From NCBI GenBank assembly GCA_001802945.1, contig MHAK01000134.1:1382-65381 (forward strand): a stretch of DNA of 64,000 bases, given 5' to 3'. Position numbers and translations under genes: made by a program. The notes under the pieces are model-generated. The model saw only the letters and a list, made by a program, of their open reading frames with translations, was not told the DNA's origin and did not search any database. The first letter of the stretch is position 1. Each line of letters opens with the position of its first letter. This document shows positions 1 to 9,618 of this stretch, piece by piece. This DNA is from Ignavibacteria bacterium RIFCSPLOWO2_12_FULL_56_21. GTDB taxonomy: Bacteria > Bacteroidota > Ignavibacteria > UBA10030.

Positions 1-1331
1 TCAAAATACCTGTGCGCGTACGTGGAGATCACTCCCAATCCATACCGGCGGTCTTCGAACGTCCGCTGAGCGCGCATCACGCCGTAATACGTGAGCGGCT
101 CGACTTCCACATCGCTTCGAACACCGCCCGCTTGAATGCGCGTGAATTCACGCTGGGTAACGGCATGGACCATGCCAAAATTCGTGACGTCATCGAGCTT
201 TCCTGTGAGCTTGCCCGCCCCGAGGATGTGCGTACCGGACGGCGGATCGGCAAAATCATTCGACGGAAGCTGCCCTTGCGGGTTTCGTCCGATGCGCCGG
301 CTGTAGAAAATGTTCGGACTTGACCAATTGAATCCCCAGAAGCTGTTCGACCCGCCCTGTCCGAATTGGAATGTGTTCGAACCTTCGACGAAGAACGGCC
401 GCTTCTCCTGGAAAAAGGATTCAACATCGGAAAGATTGATCACGGCTGGGTCGACCTCGACCTGGCCGAAATCAGGATTGATCGTCGCGTTCAATGTAAG
501 ATTGCTGCCAAATCCTGCCTGGAGGTCGGCCCCCAAGCCGGGACTATATCGAGATCCGGAGTGAAATGGATTGCCGGGAGGCGACGGTATGTATTCGGCT
601 TTCGTGATCGCGTAGGGAAGGACGGACAATCGCTGCGGAGGATGGATGTCCTCCAGTCCGACCAGATCGCCGAACCTTGACACAAACCCGCTCTCCTGCC
701 GTGGAGTATAGACGAGATAGGACCGCTCATTTTTCCTGGCGATGTCGCGGCGGAAATTGATCCCCCAAACGAGCTCTTCGGCGTCGTAGAAACGGAGTTG
801 AGAATACGGGATCCTGATCTCCGTGAACCATCCTTCGCCGTTCACCCGTGTTTCCGATTCCCATACGCCGTCCCAATCGCTGTCGTCCCAATCGTCGTTA
901 TACATGACGCCGTCGTACTGAACTCCAGCGGCGCTCACTGTGAAGTAATTTCCACTTTGCCGGTCATGATAACCGTCGATGAAAACGGTGAAATAGTCGG
1001 TGTCGATGTAGTCGTCCCGGCGGCCCAGGCGAACGTTGATCGATTCCGGCTGACTGTCATGTATACGGGCCGCCACATACAAAGCAGCGTCGTCATAGGC
1101 GATCCACACCTCCGTTGATTCCGAAGGCGCGGACCCTTGATTCGGGTCCCGCTGAAGGAATTCACGAAATGCCTCCCGATCCCACACAGCTTCATCCAAA
1201 ACGCCGTCCAAACGCACCGCCTCAACGGCACGCGCCGCGCGGATGACCTTCCGTGCAGACTGAGAGACAGCGATCGTCGTTGCCAAGACGGTCAGAACGA
1301 TCGTACACACCCAACCCCGCCGAGAGCACAT
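1..1331 (-). CDS. CBM9-like / DUF5916 family secreted protein (3' end cut by window edge)
   Basis: Absent from the ORF track because its stop lies outside the window. Manual reverse translation from ATG at 1331 (AGGAGG at 1335-1340) stays open to position 1: MCSRRGWVCTIVLTVLATTIAVSQSARKV..VRLDGVLDEAVWD..EVWIAYDDAALYVAARIHD..INPDFGQVEVDPAVINLSDVESFFQEKRPFF. It has a signal peptide plus blocks I associate with CBM9-like/DUF5916 proteins. Confidence 0.7.
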   Translation of the reverse strand, partial: MCSRRGWVCTIVLTVLATTIAVSQSARKVIRAARAVEAVRLDGVLDEAVWDREAFREFLQRDPNQGSAPSESTEVWIAYDDAALYVAARIHDSQPESINVRLGRRDDYIDTDYFTVFIDGYHDRQSGNYFTVSAAGVQYDGVMYNDDWDDSDWDGVWESETRVNGEGWFTEIRIPYSQLRFYDAEELVWGINFRRDIARKNERSYLVYTPRQESGFVSRFGDLVGLEDIHPPQRLSVLPYAITKAEYIPSPPGNPFHSGSRYSPGLGADLQAGFGSNLTLNATINPDFGQVEVDPAVINLSDVESFFQEKRPFFVEGSNTFQFGQGGSNSFWGFNWSSPNIFYSRRIGRNPQGQLPSNDFADPPSGTHILGAGKLTGKLDDVTNFGMVHAVTQREFTRIQAGGVRSDVEVEPLTYYGVMRAQRTFEDRRYGLGVISTYAHRYF

Positions 1332-1404
1332 TGATCCTCCTGAAATTTTGGGACAACGATGGTAGGACTCCTCTCAACCGAAAAAGGTTGGAGGTCCCGG
1401 ACCT

Positions 1405-2487
1405 TTATTTCCGGACGATTTCAATCAGGGCCTGAAAAGCCCTTTCGTCCTTGGATTGGCCCAGGGCGTGGACCGCCTCTTTGCGAACGGTGGGGTTGGG
1501 GTGAGATCTCGCAAGAGCGATCAACGAAGGGACTCCGGCGCCGTCTCTGAGCTGTGAAAGGCCCCAGACAGCCGAACGCCGGACATCCGTATCTGGATCG
1601 TTTTCGACAACATTGGTCAATGTTTCCAGTGTCTTTTCCGCTGCACACTGCGCGACGGCCATCACAGCCGTCCGGCGAAGTTTCGATGAAGGAGCTTCGA
1701 GTGCCAGGGCAATGAGGGTGTCGACCGCCCCGGGCATGTCCAGTTGGGACAATGCCCACACGGCATCCCGTTGCAGGCTTTCCTCCGTCGTTGTGCGCGC
1801 CGCGGAGGAAAGTGCCACGAGCGATTCGCGCGAGGGTTGCCCGCCCAGCCCGTACGCCGCCGCCCGGCGAACTTTTCCATCGTATGCGCCCGCAAGGACT
1901 CGGCGCAGAAAAGGACCGACAACGGGCACTGCATCGTCATGCAGCGCGGCAACGGTGACGATATGCTCCAGCACCTTTCTGTCCGACTGCCCGTCGAACA
2001 GCTCCACCACGAATGCAGCACTTTCTTCGTCGCGCGCCTCGCCGATCCATACGAACATCGTCCTTGAAGAATCGTACGTCGCGTCGGTCGTCTGGAATTC
2101 AACACGGTCGACATCCCCCTCATTGTATCGTACGAGAATCGCAAGACGCTTTTCCACACGCTCGATGCCTCGCAGGATGCGGCTGTCGCTGTGTTCGGTC
2201 GGCATCGCCTCCGGGTCTCCGGCTTTCGCCAGCACATCCTCGAGCGTCGTCGTGCGGCGCATGCGGCCGTTGACCATCCATCCGGTCGACACGTACGAGT
2301 TGCGCTCCATGAGCCGACGGATGGCATAACCCACCCACACACGTCCCTCATCGTCGGTCGTTCCGGTCGCCAGCTTCAGTCGTTCTTTCAGGGAACTATC
2401 CCGGGTGAGCTGCACCCGCACTTGCGCTTGTGCAGTCGCAACCAGAATTGCCAGTCCGGCCAAGAAAGCGAACGCTCGCACGATCAT
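1405..2487 (-). CDS. HEAT (PBS-lyase-like) repeat protein, secreted
   Basis: 360-aa ORF with signal peptide MIVRAFAFLAGLAILVATAQAQ. The C-terminal half holds HEAT-like repeats (VRRAAAYGLGG, LRRTAVMAVAQ, DVRRSAVWGLSQL, TVRKEAVHALGQ). 4-nt overlap with the upstream gene. Confidence 0.75.
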   Translation of the reverse strand: MIVRAFAFLAGLAILVATAQAQVRVQLTRDSSLKERLKLATGTTDDEGRVWVGYAIRRLMERNSYVSTGWMVNGRMRRTTTLEDVLAKAGDPEAMPTEHSDSRILRGIERVEKRLAILVRYNEGDVDRVEFQTTDATYDSSRTMFVWIGEARDEESAAFVVELFDGQSDRKVLEHIVTVAALHDDAVPVVGPFLRRVLAGAYDGKVRRAAAYGLGGQPSRESLVALSSAARTTTEESLQRDAVWALSQLDMPGAVDTLIALALEAPSSKLRRTAVMAVAQCAAEKTLETLTNVVENDPDTDVRRSAVWGLSQLRDGAGVPSLIALARSHPNPTVRKEAVHALGQSKDERAFQALIEIVRK

Positions 2488-4394
2488 TTGTTGTCGTCCA
2501 CTTTGCCCTGGATGATGGCCATGAGCGCGTCGCGGGCCTTCGGAGTACCGATGTTGCTGAGTGCGCTCACGGAAGCTTTCCGCACTTCCGAACTGAGGTC
2601 GGTCCGCGCTGATTTCAGGAGCAGGTCCACGGACTCATCGCTCTTGATGCCGCCGAGCGCATACGCAGCCGCTTTTCGCATCTCGATCTCCGACTCGCTT
2701 GTGAGCACCTTGCCGAGCGCCGACAATGCGGCCGGATTTCGCTGATTGGCGATTTGATACAGCGCGGCTTTGCGTACCTCGGGATTTTTTGCCTCCTGAA
2801 GGATTCTGATATGCACGTCGACGTCGTTGCGTGTCATGTTGCCGAGCGCGTACACCGCCGCCTTTGAGAGCTCTTCGTCGGAATTCGACAGCACGATCTT
2901 CATCAGGGCATCCCGGGCGTCCGTGCCTTTCCGATTTCCCAGCGAATAGATGCAAGCCTTCGCCACTTCCGTTTCGTCGACAGTCTCGATCGCACTGAGG
3001 AGGGCGGCCGAGCTCGCGTTCGACCTGATGTTGCCGAGTGCGTATGCAGCGATCTTTCGCATTTCCGTGTCGCCTGGCTTCAGAAGAATCTCGCTGAGGA
3101 GTGCGACCGACGAAGAATCGGCCCGGTTTGCGATCGTATGCAGCGCGGCCTTCCTTGCTTCCTCAGCCTTTGCGGTTCGCAAAACCGTCCGCAGCGCCGC
3201 CGACGCTTCCGCCGACCTCGAATTGCCGAGGGCATACGTCGCGGTCTTTGCGATCTCGTCGTTCGTTGACGACGTGGCGACCTCCTTGAGGAAGTCGACG
3301 AGCTTCTCTCCTCCCGCGTTGCCAAGCGCAAACATGGCATTCCGCCGGACGTCTTCCTCGGCATCGGAAAGGACGATCTTCTTGAGTTCTTCCACAGCCT
3401 CCGGACGACGCGTGTTGCCCAAAGCGTACACGGCATTCCTGCGGACATTGTCGTCACGGTCCGTCCGGGCGACGTTGGCTAGAACCGGTACAACCTCCGC
3501 TTTTTTGAAATTGCCGAGGACGTACACTGCCTTTGCCCGTATTTCAGCGCTGGAGGCGGACGTTACCATTGCGACCACCGCCTCGAGAGCCTTGTCGTCG
3601 CCGATGTTCTGAAGAGCATACAGCGCCGCAAGGCGAACTTCGTCGTCATCCCCTTCCCGCATCGACTGAATAACGTCCCGGTATTGCGTCTTCCCCGATT
3701 TCGCAAGCTGGTCGGCCAGGCGAACGAGATTGGCTTTGGCATCGTCCGCCCATTTGCTGGACCCGTGCTTCTTCACAAATTCCGTGTAGCAGTCGAAAGA
3801 TTGTTCCTCTGAAGCTCCCCCTTTTTCATAGGCATAGCATTTCCAGTAGCGAGCTCCGTCGGCCCATTTGCCCCGTGAATACGACTGGAGGAATTTCCCG
3901 AATTCCTTCTCCGCCTCAGCCCACTTCTTGTCGAGAATGAAATTGTAGGCTTTTTGGTACGCTTCGGCAGCCGGATCCGGTTTGGCCTGAGGATCGTCCT
4001 CCATGTAGGGCGCAACATCCATGTGCTGCAGGTCCCACAATGCCGGAGCCAATGACTCCGTGGCCATCGACACCGTTGCCAGCTCCGGAGCCGCGAGGGC
4101 AAACGGGGCCTCGCCCATGATGTCCATATGAGCCATGGAAAGCGCGGGCATCAGGGCTTCCATAGGCTGCATGAGTTCCATCATCATTGGCCCCACATCG
4201 GGCATCGGCGTCAGCGCTGGCCCTTCGAATTGCCAAGCTTCCATCGGCATCGACGGCAATGGGGGCACCATCGGAATGCGGCCTTCCGGAGGCGGAGTCG
4301 CAGGACGCAGAGTGCGCGCAGGTTGGGCAGCAAGCGGCACGGCAAGAAGTGCCGTCACCGCCACATGGAGGAGGGTCCGGTACTTGGCATTCAT
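2484..4394 (-). CDS. HEAT-repeat protein with Met/Pro-rich N-terminal region, secreted
   Basis: 636-aa ORF with a signal peptide. 16 Met in aa 42-131, then a TPR-like segment, then 10 or more HEAT-like units with a recurring xxYALGN motif (AVYALGN, ATYALGN, AAYALGN, ALYALQN). Confidence 0.8.
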   Translation of the reverse strand: MNAKYRTLLHVAVTALLAVPLAAQPARTLRPATPPPEGRIPMVPPLPSMPMEAWQFEGPALTPMPDVGPMMMELMQPMEALMPALSMAHMDIMGEAPFALAAPELATVSMATESLAPALWDLQHMDVAPYMEDDPQAKPDPAAEAYQKAYNFILDKKWAEAEKEFGKFLQSYSRGKWADGARYWKCYAYEKGGASEEQSFDCYTEFVKKHGSSKWADDAKANLVRLADQLAKSGKTQYRDVIQSMREGDDDEVRLAALYALQNIGDDKALEAVVAMVTSASSAEIRAKAVYVLGNFKKAEVVPVLANVARTDRDDNVRRNAVYALGNTRRPEAVEELKKIVLSDAEEDVRRNAMFALGNAGGEKLVDFLKEVATSSTNDEIAKTATYALGNSRSAEASAALRTVLRTAKAEEARKAALHTIANRADSSSVALLSEILLKPGDTEMRKIAAYALGNIRSNASSAALLSAIETVDETEVAKACIYSLGNRKGTDARDALMKIVLSNSDEELSKAAVYALGNMTRNDVDVHIRILQEAKNPEVRKAALYQIANQRNPAALSALGKVLTSESEIEMRKAAAYALGGIKSDESVDLLLKSARTDLSSEVRKASVSALSNIGTPKARDALMAIIQGKVDDNK

Positions 4395-4395
4395 G

Positions 4396-5220
4396 TCAGA
4401 GACTCCTTACTTCGGAAGTGGTTCCGCGATCGTCCGCCGTCGAAGCCTGCGGTACTTCGGGGACCTTGTTCATTTCTTCGATCGTGATCTTCAAGAGTAC
4501 GCCTTTGCGTTTGACGCTCTCGCGAATGATCTCCAGTCCGGGGACGTCGGAGGCGGTATCCAGGTTCGCGAGTTCAATGAGAATGACCTCCAGATCGGTC
4601 ACCAATTGTCGGAGGCGTTGATCCTTCGGGTCGGAGAGATCACTGGTCAATAGACGGGCCTCTTCGACCAATTTGCGTGACGCCTCCCGATTCCTGCCCA
4701 GAAGGTCCGGGGCGAGGTCGAGATCTTCTTCGTCCGAGTGAAGTACACCAAGAAGTACCACTTTGGAGCGGTCGAGGTAGTCGTAGGTACGTTCACGAAC
4801 ATTCGCGATGCCGGCGGGAGATGTGGTGTGATCGCGCAATGGAGCTTCTGTGCGAGACGACCACCACCAAACACCGAGCGTGATGACGACAGCGCCCAAC
4901 GCCGTGGCGACGCCGGCGAGGAATGCAGGACGAGACCCAAACCAAGTAAGGGCAGGAATTGTTGACGACATGTTGTCCGGTGCGGCCAATCGGCGTTCTA
5001 CGCGCTCTCCAAACATCTGCCAATACGCTCCGGGACGATCGGATGCCGGGTCGTATTGCAGCGCGTCAAGCTTTCCGAGCGCGGCACGCATGTCGTCCAG
5101 TTTACGCCGGCACTGATCGCATCCGGCTGCGTGCTGAAGCAATCCCGGGTCGCGATTCTCGCCGATCGCCAGGTCATACAATGCTGCCCGGACCTTTCGA
5201 TGCATCAAGGCGTTGATCAT
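4396..5220 (-). CDS. anti-sigma factor (zf-HC2 type), single-pass membrane protein
   Basis: 274 aa, 4-nt overlap with the sigma gene. H-x3-C-x2-C motif (LLQHAAGCDQCRRKL) and a central TM helix (AFLAGVATALGAVVITLGVWWW). Confidence 0.7.
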   Translation of the reverse strand: MINALMHRKVRAALYDLAIGENRDPGLLQHAAGCDQCRRKLDDMRAALGKLDALQYDPASDRPGAYWQMFGERVERRLAAPDNMSSTIPALTWFGSRPAFLAGVATALGAVVITLGVWWWSSRTEAPLRDHTTSPAGIANVRERTYDYLDRSKVVLLGVLHSDEEDLDLAPDLLGRNREASRKLVEEARLLTSDLSDPKDQRLRQLVTDLEVILIELANLDTASDVPGLEIIRESVKRKGVLLKITIEEMNKVPEVPQASTADDRGTTSEVRSL

Positions 5221-5771
5221 GTGGGTAGTTCCTCAAGTTTCTTTTTCATCGTCTGAAGCCCGCGGTGCAGATGAGTCTTTACGGTGCCTTCCGAACATCC
5301 GAGCGTTTCGCTAACCTGACGCGTCGAACGACCCTGCAGATGCCGGAGAATGACGACCGCCCTTTGCAGTGTCGGTAAATCGTGAAGCACACGTTCGATC
5401 ATGCGCCGACGGTCCGGGTCGTCGTTTTTCAATTCTTCGGCCAGATGTTCGGCATCCGGGTGCTCGAGAGTCACGTGCCGTTCCTGGTGGCGGGACCTCC
5501 GGCGCACATGCGTGAGCGCCGCGTTCGCCACTATTCTGTGAAGCCAGGTCGAGAATTCCGCGTCGCCGCGGTAGGTGTGCAGTTTCCGGAAGACCAGCAC
5601 GAACGCCTCCTGAGCGACATCGTCGGCGTCCTGGTGATTGCCGACGAACCCGTATGCGACGGTATATGCCTGACGCTGATGGCGCGTTACGAGTTGACGA
5701 AACGCTTCCCTGCTCCCCGCCAGAATGTCCGCGATCAACGTACGATCGTCCCGGTCGAGTTGGTCGCTCAT
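5217..5771 (-). CDS. ECF-type RNA polymerase sigma-70 family factor
   Basis: 184 aa. Region 2 (DVAQEAFVLVFRKL..FSTWLHRIVANAAL) and region 4 HTH (LQRAVVILRHLQGRSTRQVSETLGCSEGTVKTHLHRG). Confidence 0.9.
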   Translation of the reverse strand: MSDQLDRDDRTLIADILAGSREAFRQLVTRHQRQAYTVAYGFVGNHQDADDVAQEAFVLVFRKLHTYRGDAEFSTWLHRIVANAALTHVRRRSRHQERHVTLEHPDAEHLAEELKNDDPDRRRMIERVLHDLPTLQRAVVILRHLQGRSTRQVSETLGCSEGTVKTHLHRGLQTMKKKLEELPT

Positions 5772-5804
5772 GGATTCTGGATGGGGTTCGTCAGGTTGTG
5801 CACA

Positions 5805-5834
5805 TTAGACGCGGAGGTTGCGCAATCCGTTGAC
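5805..5834 (-). promoter_or_regulatory. candidate ECF-type autoregulated promoter (GTCAAC-N17-CGTCTAA)
   Basis: The minus strand reads GTCAAC (5834-5829), a 17-nt spacer, then CGTCTAA (5811-5805), about 35 nt upstream of the sigma start. This resembles the generic ECF xxAAC-N16/17-CGTC pattern. Motif match only. Confidence 0.3.
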
Positions 5835-5853
5835 ATACAGTGATTTTCCCTGA

Positions 5854-6501
5854 ATGACGCCTGTATTCGTGCATGGCATGTCTTTTGTTTCATCCCGTTT
5901 TTTTGGTATACTAAAGCACATGAGAACGCCGGAATCTCGTTCTGTGGGAACGGTGCAGGTGGACCGGAACGTCCTCAGTCTCTCGTTTGCCTGCGACCTG
6001 AAAGCTTGCCGGGGTGCGTGTTGTACCATCCCGGGGGGCAGAGGGGCACCATTGCTGGACGAAGAGATCGAACATATCCGATCGGCTGTCGCAGTTGTCG
6101 CCCCCCTCCTTTCCGAACGCCACCAGAACATCCTCAAGTATGAAGGACCTCTCGAAGGCGCTCCGGGCGATTACCATACGCGGTGCGTCGACAACGGGCC
6201 ATGCGTCTTTGTCGTCGAGCGCGACGGTATCGCCGCCTGCTCCATTGAGCTTGCCCATCGTGAAGGGCGCCTGGAATGGCGCAAGCCATTGTCCTGTCAC
6301 CTCTTCCCTCTCCGCATAGATCGCGGCGTCGTGCATCGCGTACGATACGAATATCTCTCTCAATGTGAACCGGCACTGGCAAAGGGGACGCAGGAACGCA
6401 TCCCGATGACGTCTTTTCTTCGCGAGGCGATGGTTCGGGCATACGGCGAACCCTGGGTGCAGGCGCTGGAATCAACCGACCATCCGGCTGGCCCTGAATG
6501 A
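5854..6501 (+). CDS. DUF3109-like Cys-rich protein
   Basis: 215-aa ORF with a CDLKACRGACCTIPGGRGAPLLDEE block, as I recall for the DUF3109 family. The true start is more likely M at 5920 (MRTPESRSVG..). Confidence 0.55.
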   Translation: MTPVFVHGMSFVSSRFFGILKHMRTPESRSVGTVQVDRNVLSLSFACDLKACRGACCTIPGGRGAPLLDEEIEHIRSAVAVVAPLLSERHQNILKYEGPLEGAPGDYHTRCVDNGPCVFVVERDGIAACSIELAHREGRLEWRKPLSCHLFPLRIDRGVVHRVRYEYLSQCEPALAKGTQERIPMTSFLREAMVRAYGEPWVQALESTDHPAGPE

Positions 6502-6512
6502 CATAGGCTTCC

Positions 6513-7967
6513 ATGCTGTCACTCCACCAACAACTTAAACTCGGCCTTAAGCTTACTCCGCAACAGGTGCAGTATCTCAAACTGCTCCAGTTACCGTCGC
6601 TCTCCCTCGAACAACGGGTCAAGCTGGAACTCGAACAGAATCCGATGTTGGAAGTGGCCGAAGATCTGGAACCTGTTCAGGAAGAGGTAGAGGCTGGCAA
6701 GGAGGAATCCGACGGGGAGACGGATAAGGACGTAGAAAAGCAGGAAGAAAGAAAGGAAGACGAGGGGTACACGCTTGAAGACTATATCAGCGACGACAAC
6801 GCCGGACACAAAAGCCCCGAATCGCTCCCGCAGAACGGTGAAGAAGAGTATGAATCGCCCTTACCGGCGTCCGTTCCGCTGACCGAACGGCTGCTCACGC
6901 AATTCCGGATGCTCGATGTTGAGGCCGAGGAAGAGCTGATCGCCGAGGAGATTCTGGGGAATGTCGATGAGGACGGGTATCTCCGTCGGGACCTCGCGCT
7001 CATTGTTCAAGATCTCAACCTCACGTATAACCTCACGCTTTCCGTCGAACGCGCAGAGGCCGTGCTTCATAAGATCCTCAACCTCGATCCTCCCGGCGTT
7101 GCTGCACGAACTTTGCCCGAATGTCTGGCCGCCCAATTACGGTGCACGAACGCTCCGCCGGCTTTGCGTGAGCTCGCATATCGGGTCGTCACACAGCATT
7201 TCGACGATTTTCGCCAGAAGCGGTTCGACATCCTGCTCAAACACCTGCATGTCCCCCAGGAAACGCTGAAAAGGGCCAGCGATCTCATCCAACGCATGAA
7301 CCCCAAGCCCGGCGAGGGAGAGTTTTCCGCGCAGGAGAATTACGTCACCCCGGATTTCATTGTCAACCGGGACCACGGGGAATTCATTATCACGCTGAAC
7401 GACAGGAATATTCCGCCGCTCCGTATCAACAACGCATACAAGGCCCTGATCGCACCAAAAGGGAAAAAGGTCGCCCAGGATGCAAAGGACTTTGTCCGGA
7501 AGAAATTCGAAGCGGCAAAGTGGTTCATTGCGTCGATTCATCAGCGACGGGAAACTCTCCTCCGTGTCATGCGCGCAATACTCGAAAGACAGCACCAATG
7601 GTTCGCCGACGGCGAGGTTCTACGTCCGATGATCTACAAGGACATCGCTGAGGTCGTGGGGGTGGATATTTCCACGATCAGCCGCGTCGTGAACAGCAAA
7701 TATGTCCAGACAGAATTCGGCGTCTATCCCCTCCGCTTCTTCTTTACCTCAGGCCTGACGTCGGAGTCGGGCGAAGAGGTCTCGAATACAGCAGTAAAGC
7801 AGCGCATCAAAGACCTGATATCGGCGGAGGATCCAAAGCAGCCGTTGAACGACGACACCATCGGGAAGATCCTGAATCAGGAGGGCATTCACATTGCCCG
7901 GAGGACCGTGGCGAAATACAGGGAATCGCTGGGCATCCCTATTGCGAGGTTGCGGGTGAAGATCTAG
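6513..7967 (+). CDS. rpoN: RNA polymerase sigma-54 factor
   Basis: 484 aa. Region I (MLSLHQQLKLGLKLTPQQVQYLKLLQLP), an acidic linker, a C-terminal HTH and the RpoN box ARRTVAKYRE. Confidence 0.95.
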   Translation: MLSLHQQLKLGLKLTPQQVQYLKLLQLPSLSLEQRVKLELEQNPMLEVAEDLEPVQEEVEAGKEESDGETDKDVEKQEERKEDEGYTLEDYISDDNAGHKSPESLPQNGEEEYESPLPASVPLTERLLTQFRMLDVEAEEELIAEEILGNVDEDGYLRRDLALIVQDLNLTYNLTLSVERAEAVLHKILNLDPPGVAARTLPECLAAQLRCTNAPPALRELAYRVVTQHFDDFRQKRFDILLKHLHVPQETLKRASDLIQRMNPKPGEGEFSAQENYVTPDFIVNRDHGEFIITLNDRNIPPLRINNAYKALIAPKGKKVAQDAKDFVRKKFEAAKWFIASIHQRRETLLRVMRAILERQHQWFADGEVLRPMIYKDIAEVVGVDISTISRVVNSKYVQTEFGVYPLRFFFTSGLTSESGEEVSNTAVKQRIKDLISAEDPKQPLNDDTIGKILNQEGIHIARRTVAKYRESLGIPIARLRVKI

Positions 7968-7994
7968 CGCAGATTAAAAGATTAGTCCACGAAG

Positions 7995-8039
7995 CGCCAC
8001 TAAGTCGAGGAAGAGCCGGGGCACTAAGGGGCACTAAGG
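7995..8039. repeat. 10-nt word repeat (GGCACTAAGG x2 plus degenerate CGCCACTAAG)
   Basis: ggcactaagg at 8020-8029 and 8030-8039; cgccactaag at 7995-8004. Lies in the convergent rpoN/OMP spacer. Confidence 0.8.
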
Positions 8040-8056
8040 TGGTGGAATTAAATGAA

Positions 8057-8100
8057 AACGGGTAGAACTCTGCATAATGAGCTCTACCCGTTCTGCTTTT
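8057..8100. terminator. bidirectional intrinsic terminator between rpoN and the OMP gene
   Basis: 10-bp stem aacgggtaga (8057-8066) / tctacccgtt (8083-8092), with T-rich flanks on both strands (ctgcttttcc downstream, ttttcatttaat on the minus strand). Confidence 0.65.
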
Positions 8101-8146
8101 CCTGCGGACAGCACGAGTACTTCTACCTCACTACCCAACTACCTCA

Positions 8147-9604
8147 TCACACCTTGATCCTCATCGCGAATGAGAATTCGAACATGGAGAAGCTGTCCGG
8201 CGAAAAGAGAACGCCGATGTTCTCCGTCCCGAAATCGAGCGTTAACACGTACAGGTCCAATCCCAGTCCCGCCGCCCACCTGAACTTGTCCCCGCCTCCA
8301 ACGGCAATGCCGGTCCTCAACGGTAAGAGCGGAATGAGCCGGTACTCCGTACCGACCGATAACCTCGGTGTCGTTGAATTACCGAGCGACGAATTCAGTC
8401 CTTGCGTGTAATCGAAAGCGAGCATCATCCTACCAGGAAGCCACTGCAAGAAGGCGACCTCATCCGACCACATCGACGCCCCGAACCGAAGCTGCGTCGG
8501 CAGATTCGTGGTAAATGGAGCCCCAACGCGATCGATTCCGCTGAACGCTTGTTCAAGCGAATCTCTTCCCGCCATATCCAAAGGATTGGAAATGGATATT
8601 TCCCCCGCTCCTTCAGTTTCCCTGACATTCTCTTCCCACGTGATACTGCCAATATTGACAACCCCGGCCGAAAGATGGATGCCATTGTTCAACTCGGCTG
8701 CGAGTCCGAAGTCGAGACCCCTTCCCTTGCCTGCGGGATCCGGAAAAGGATTCGAGAACTCGCCATCCGCCAGGTCAGGAAGAAAGTCCGCGCCTGTTCG
8801 TCTGACAAGGAACTCCGACGATCCCTTGATCGTAGGCAGCCCATTTGGTCCCAGCTCCGTACCAAACTTTGACCGATAATAATCAGTCCCAAAATATCCA
8901 TACCCGCGGATGAACTTCACGGAAAAGCCGAAGTACGTTTCTTTGAAGAACGGGATGGTGAACGGCAATTTCCGGCCGTAGGAAAAGTTATAATCTCGCC
9001 ACCACCAACCCTCAAAACTCGTCCCTGACAGGTCGTATAAAGCCCCCTCTTGCGGCAGCAGGAACAGGGCCATGCGAAAATAGTTCTTCGTCAGGAAATT
9101 CCGAACGCCGACATGCTCGTTGATGCTGACTCCAAGCCCGCCGACGACCGGATGACACAGAGCCAGGGAGAACAGGTTCAATTCCCCGTCAAACCGCGTC
9201 TCTCCATCGTCCGCCATCATTGCCATGAGGTCTTCCTTGTCCTGATCGGTCAATTCCATGGCAACCCGTTCGCCGTTCGCCCCCGGAACTCCGGTAAAAT
9301 ACTTCTGGTAGATCTCGTAATTGATGAGTTCCGACTTGACATGGAAGCCCACGTTCGCAATCCCGATGTCAATCGTCCGGTTACTGGGGAGCCCGAGGTT
9401 CGCGGGGTTGACCCCAAACGCATCGACGCCCAACGTATTGGCGTTCACCGTGCGCGCCATGCCAACCGCGCGCACTTTTGTTCTGTCTCCAACCTGGGCA
9501 TACGCGCCGGTAAGTACGACCGTCGAAAGGACCGAGCACAGGATTCCGCGAACTCGGCGGTTGTGAAGGGAAAAAGCGAGCGACACACTATGCAGTGTTT
9601 TCAT
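8147..9604 (-). CDS. putative outer-membrane beta-barrel protein, unknown family
   Basis: 485 aa with a signal peptide ending AYAQ and alternating Gly/aromatic beta-strand-like composition (e.g. RWAAGLGLDLYVLTLDFGT near the C-terminus). 15 nt downstream of the 709-aa gene. Confidence 0.55.
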   Translation of the reverse strand: MKTLHSVSLAFSLHNRRVRGILCSVLSTVVLTGAYAQVGDRTKVRAVGMARTVNANTLGVDAFGVNPANLGLPSNRTIDIGIANVGFHVKSELINYEIYQKYFTGVPGANGERVAMELTDQDKEDLMAMMADDGETRFDGELNLFSLALCHPVVGGLGVSINEHVGVRNFLTKNYFRMALFLLPQEGALYDLSGTSFEGWWWRDYNFSYGRKLPFTIPFFKETYFGFSVKFIRGYGYFGTDYYRSKFGTELGPNGLPTIKGSSEFLVRRTGADFLPDLADGEFSNPFPDPAGKGRGLDFGLAAELNNGIHLSAGVVNIGSITWEENVRETEGAGEISISNPLDMAGRDSLEQAFSGIDRVGAPFTTNLPTQLRFGASMWSDEVAFLQWLPGRMMLAFDYTQGLNSSLGNSTTPRLSVGTEYRLIPLLPLRTGIAVGGGDKFRWAAGLGLDLYVLTLDFGTENIGVLFSPDSFSMFEFSFAMRIKV

Positions 9605-9618
9605 GGCGTTTTCCCTTA

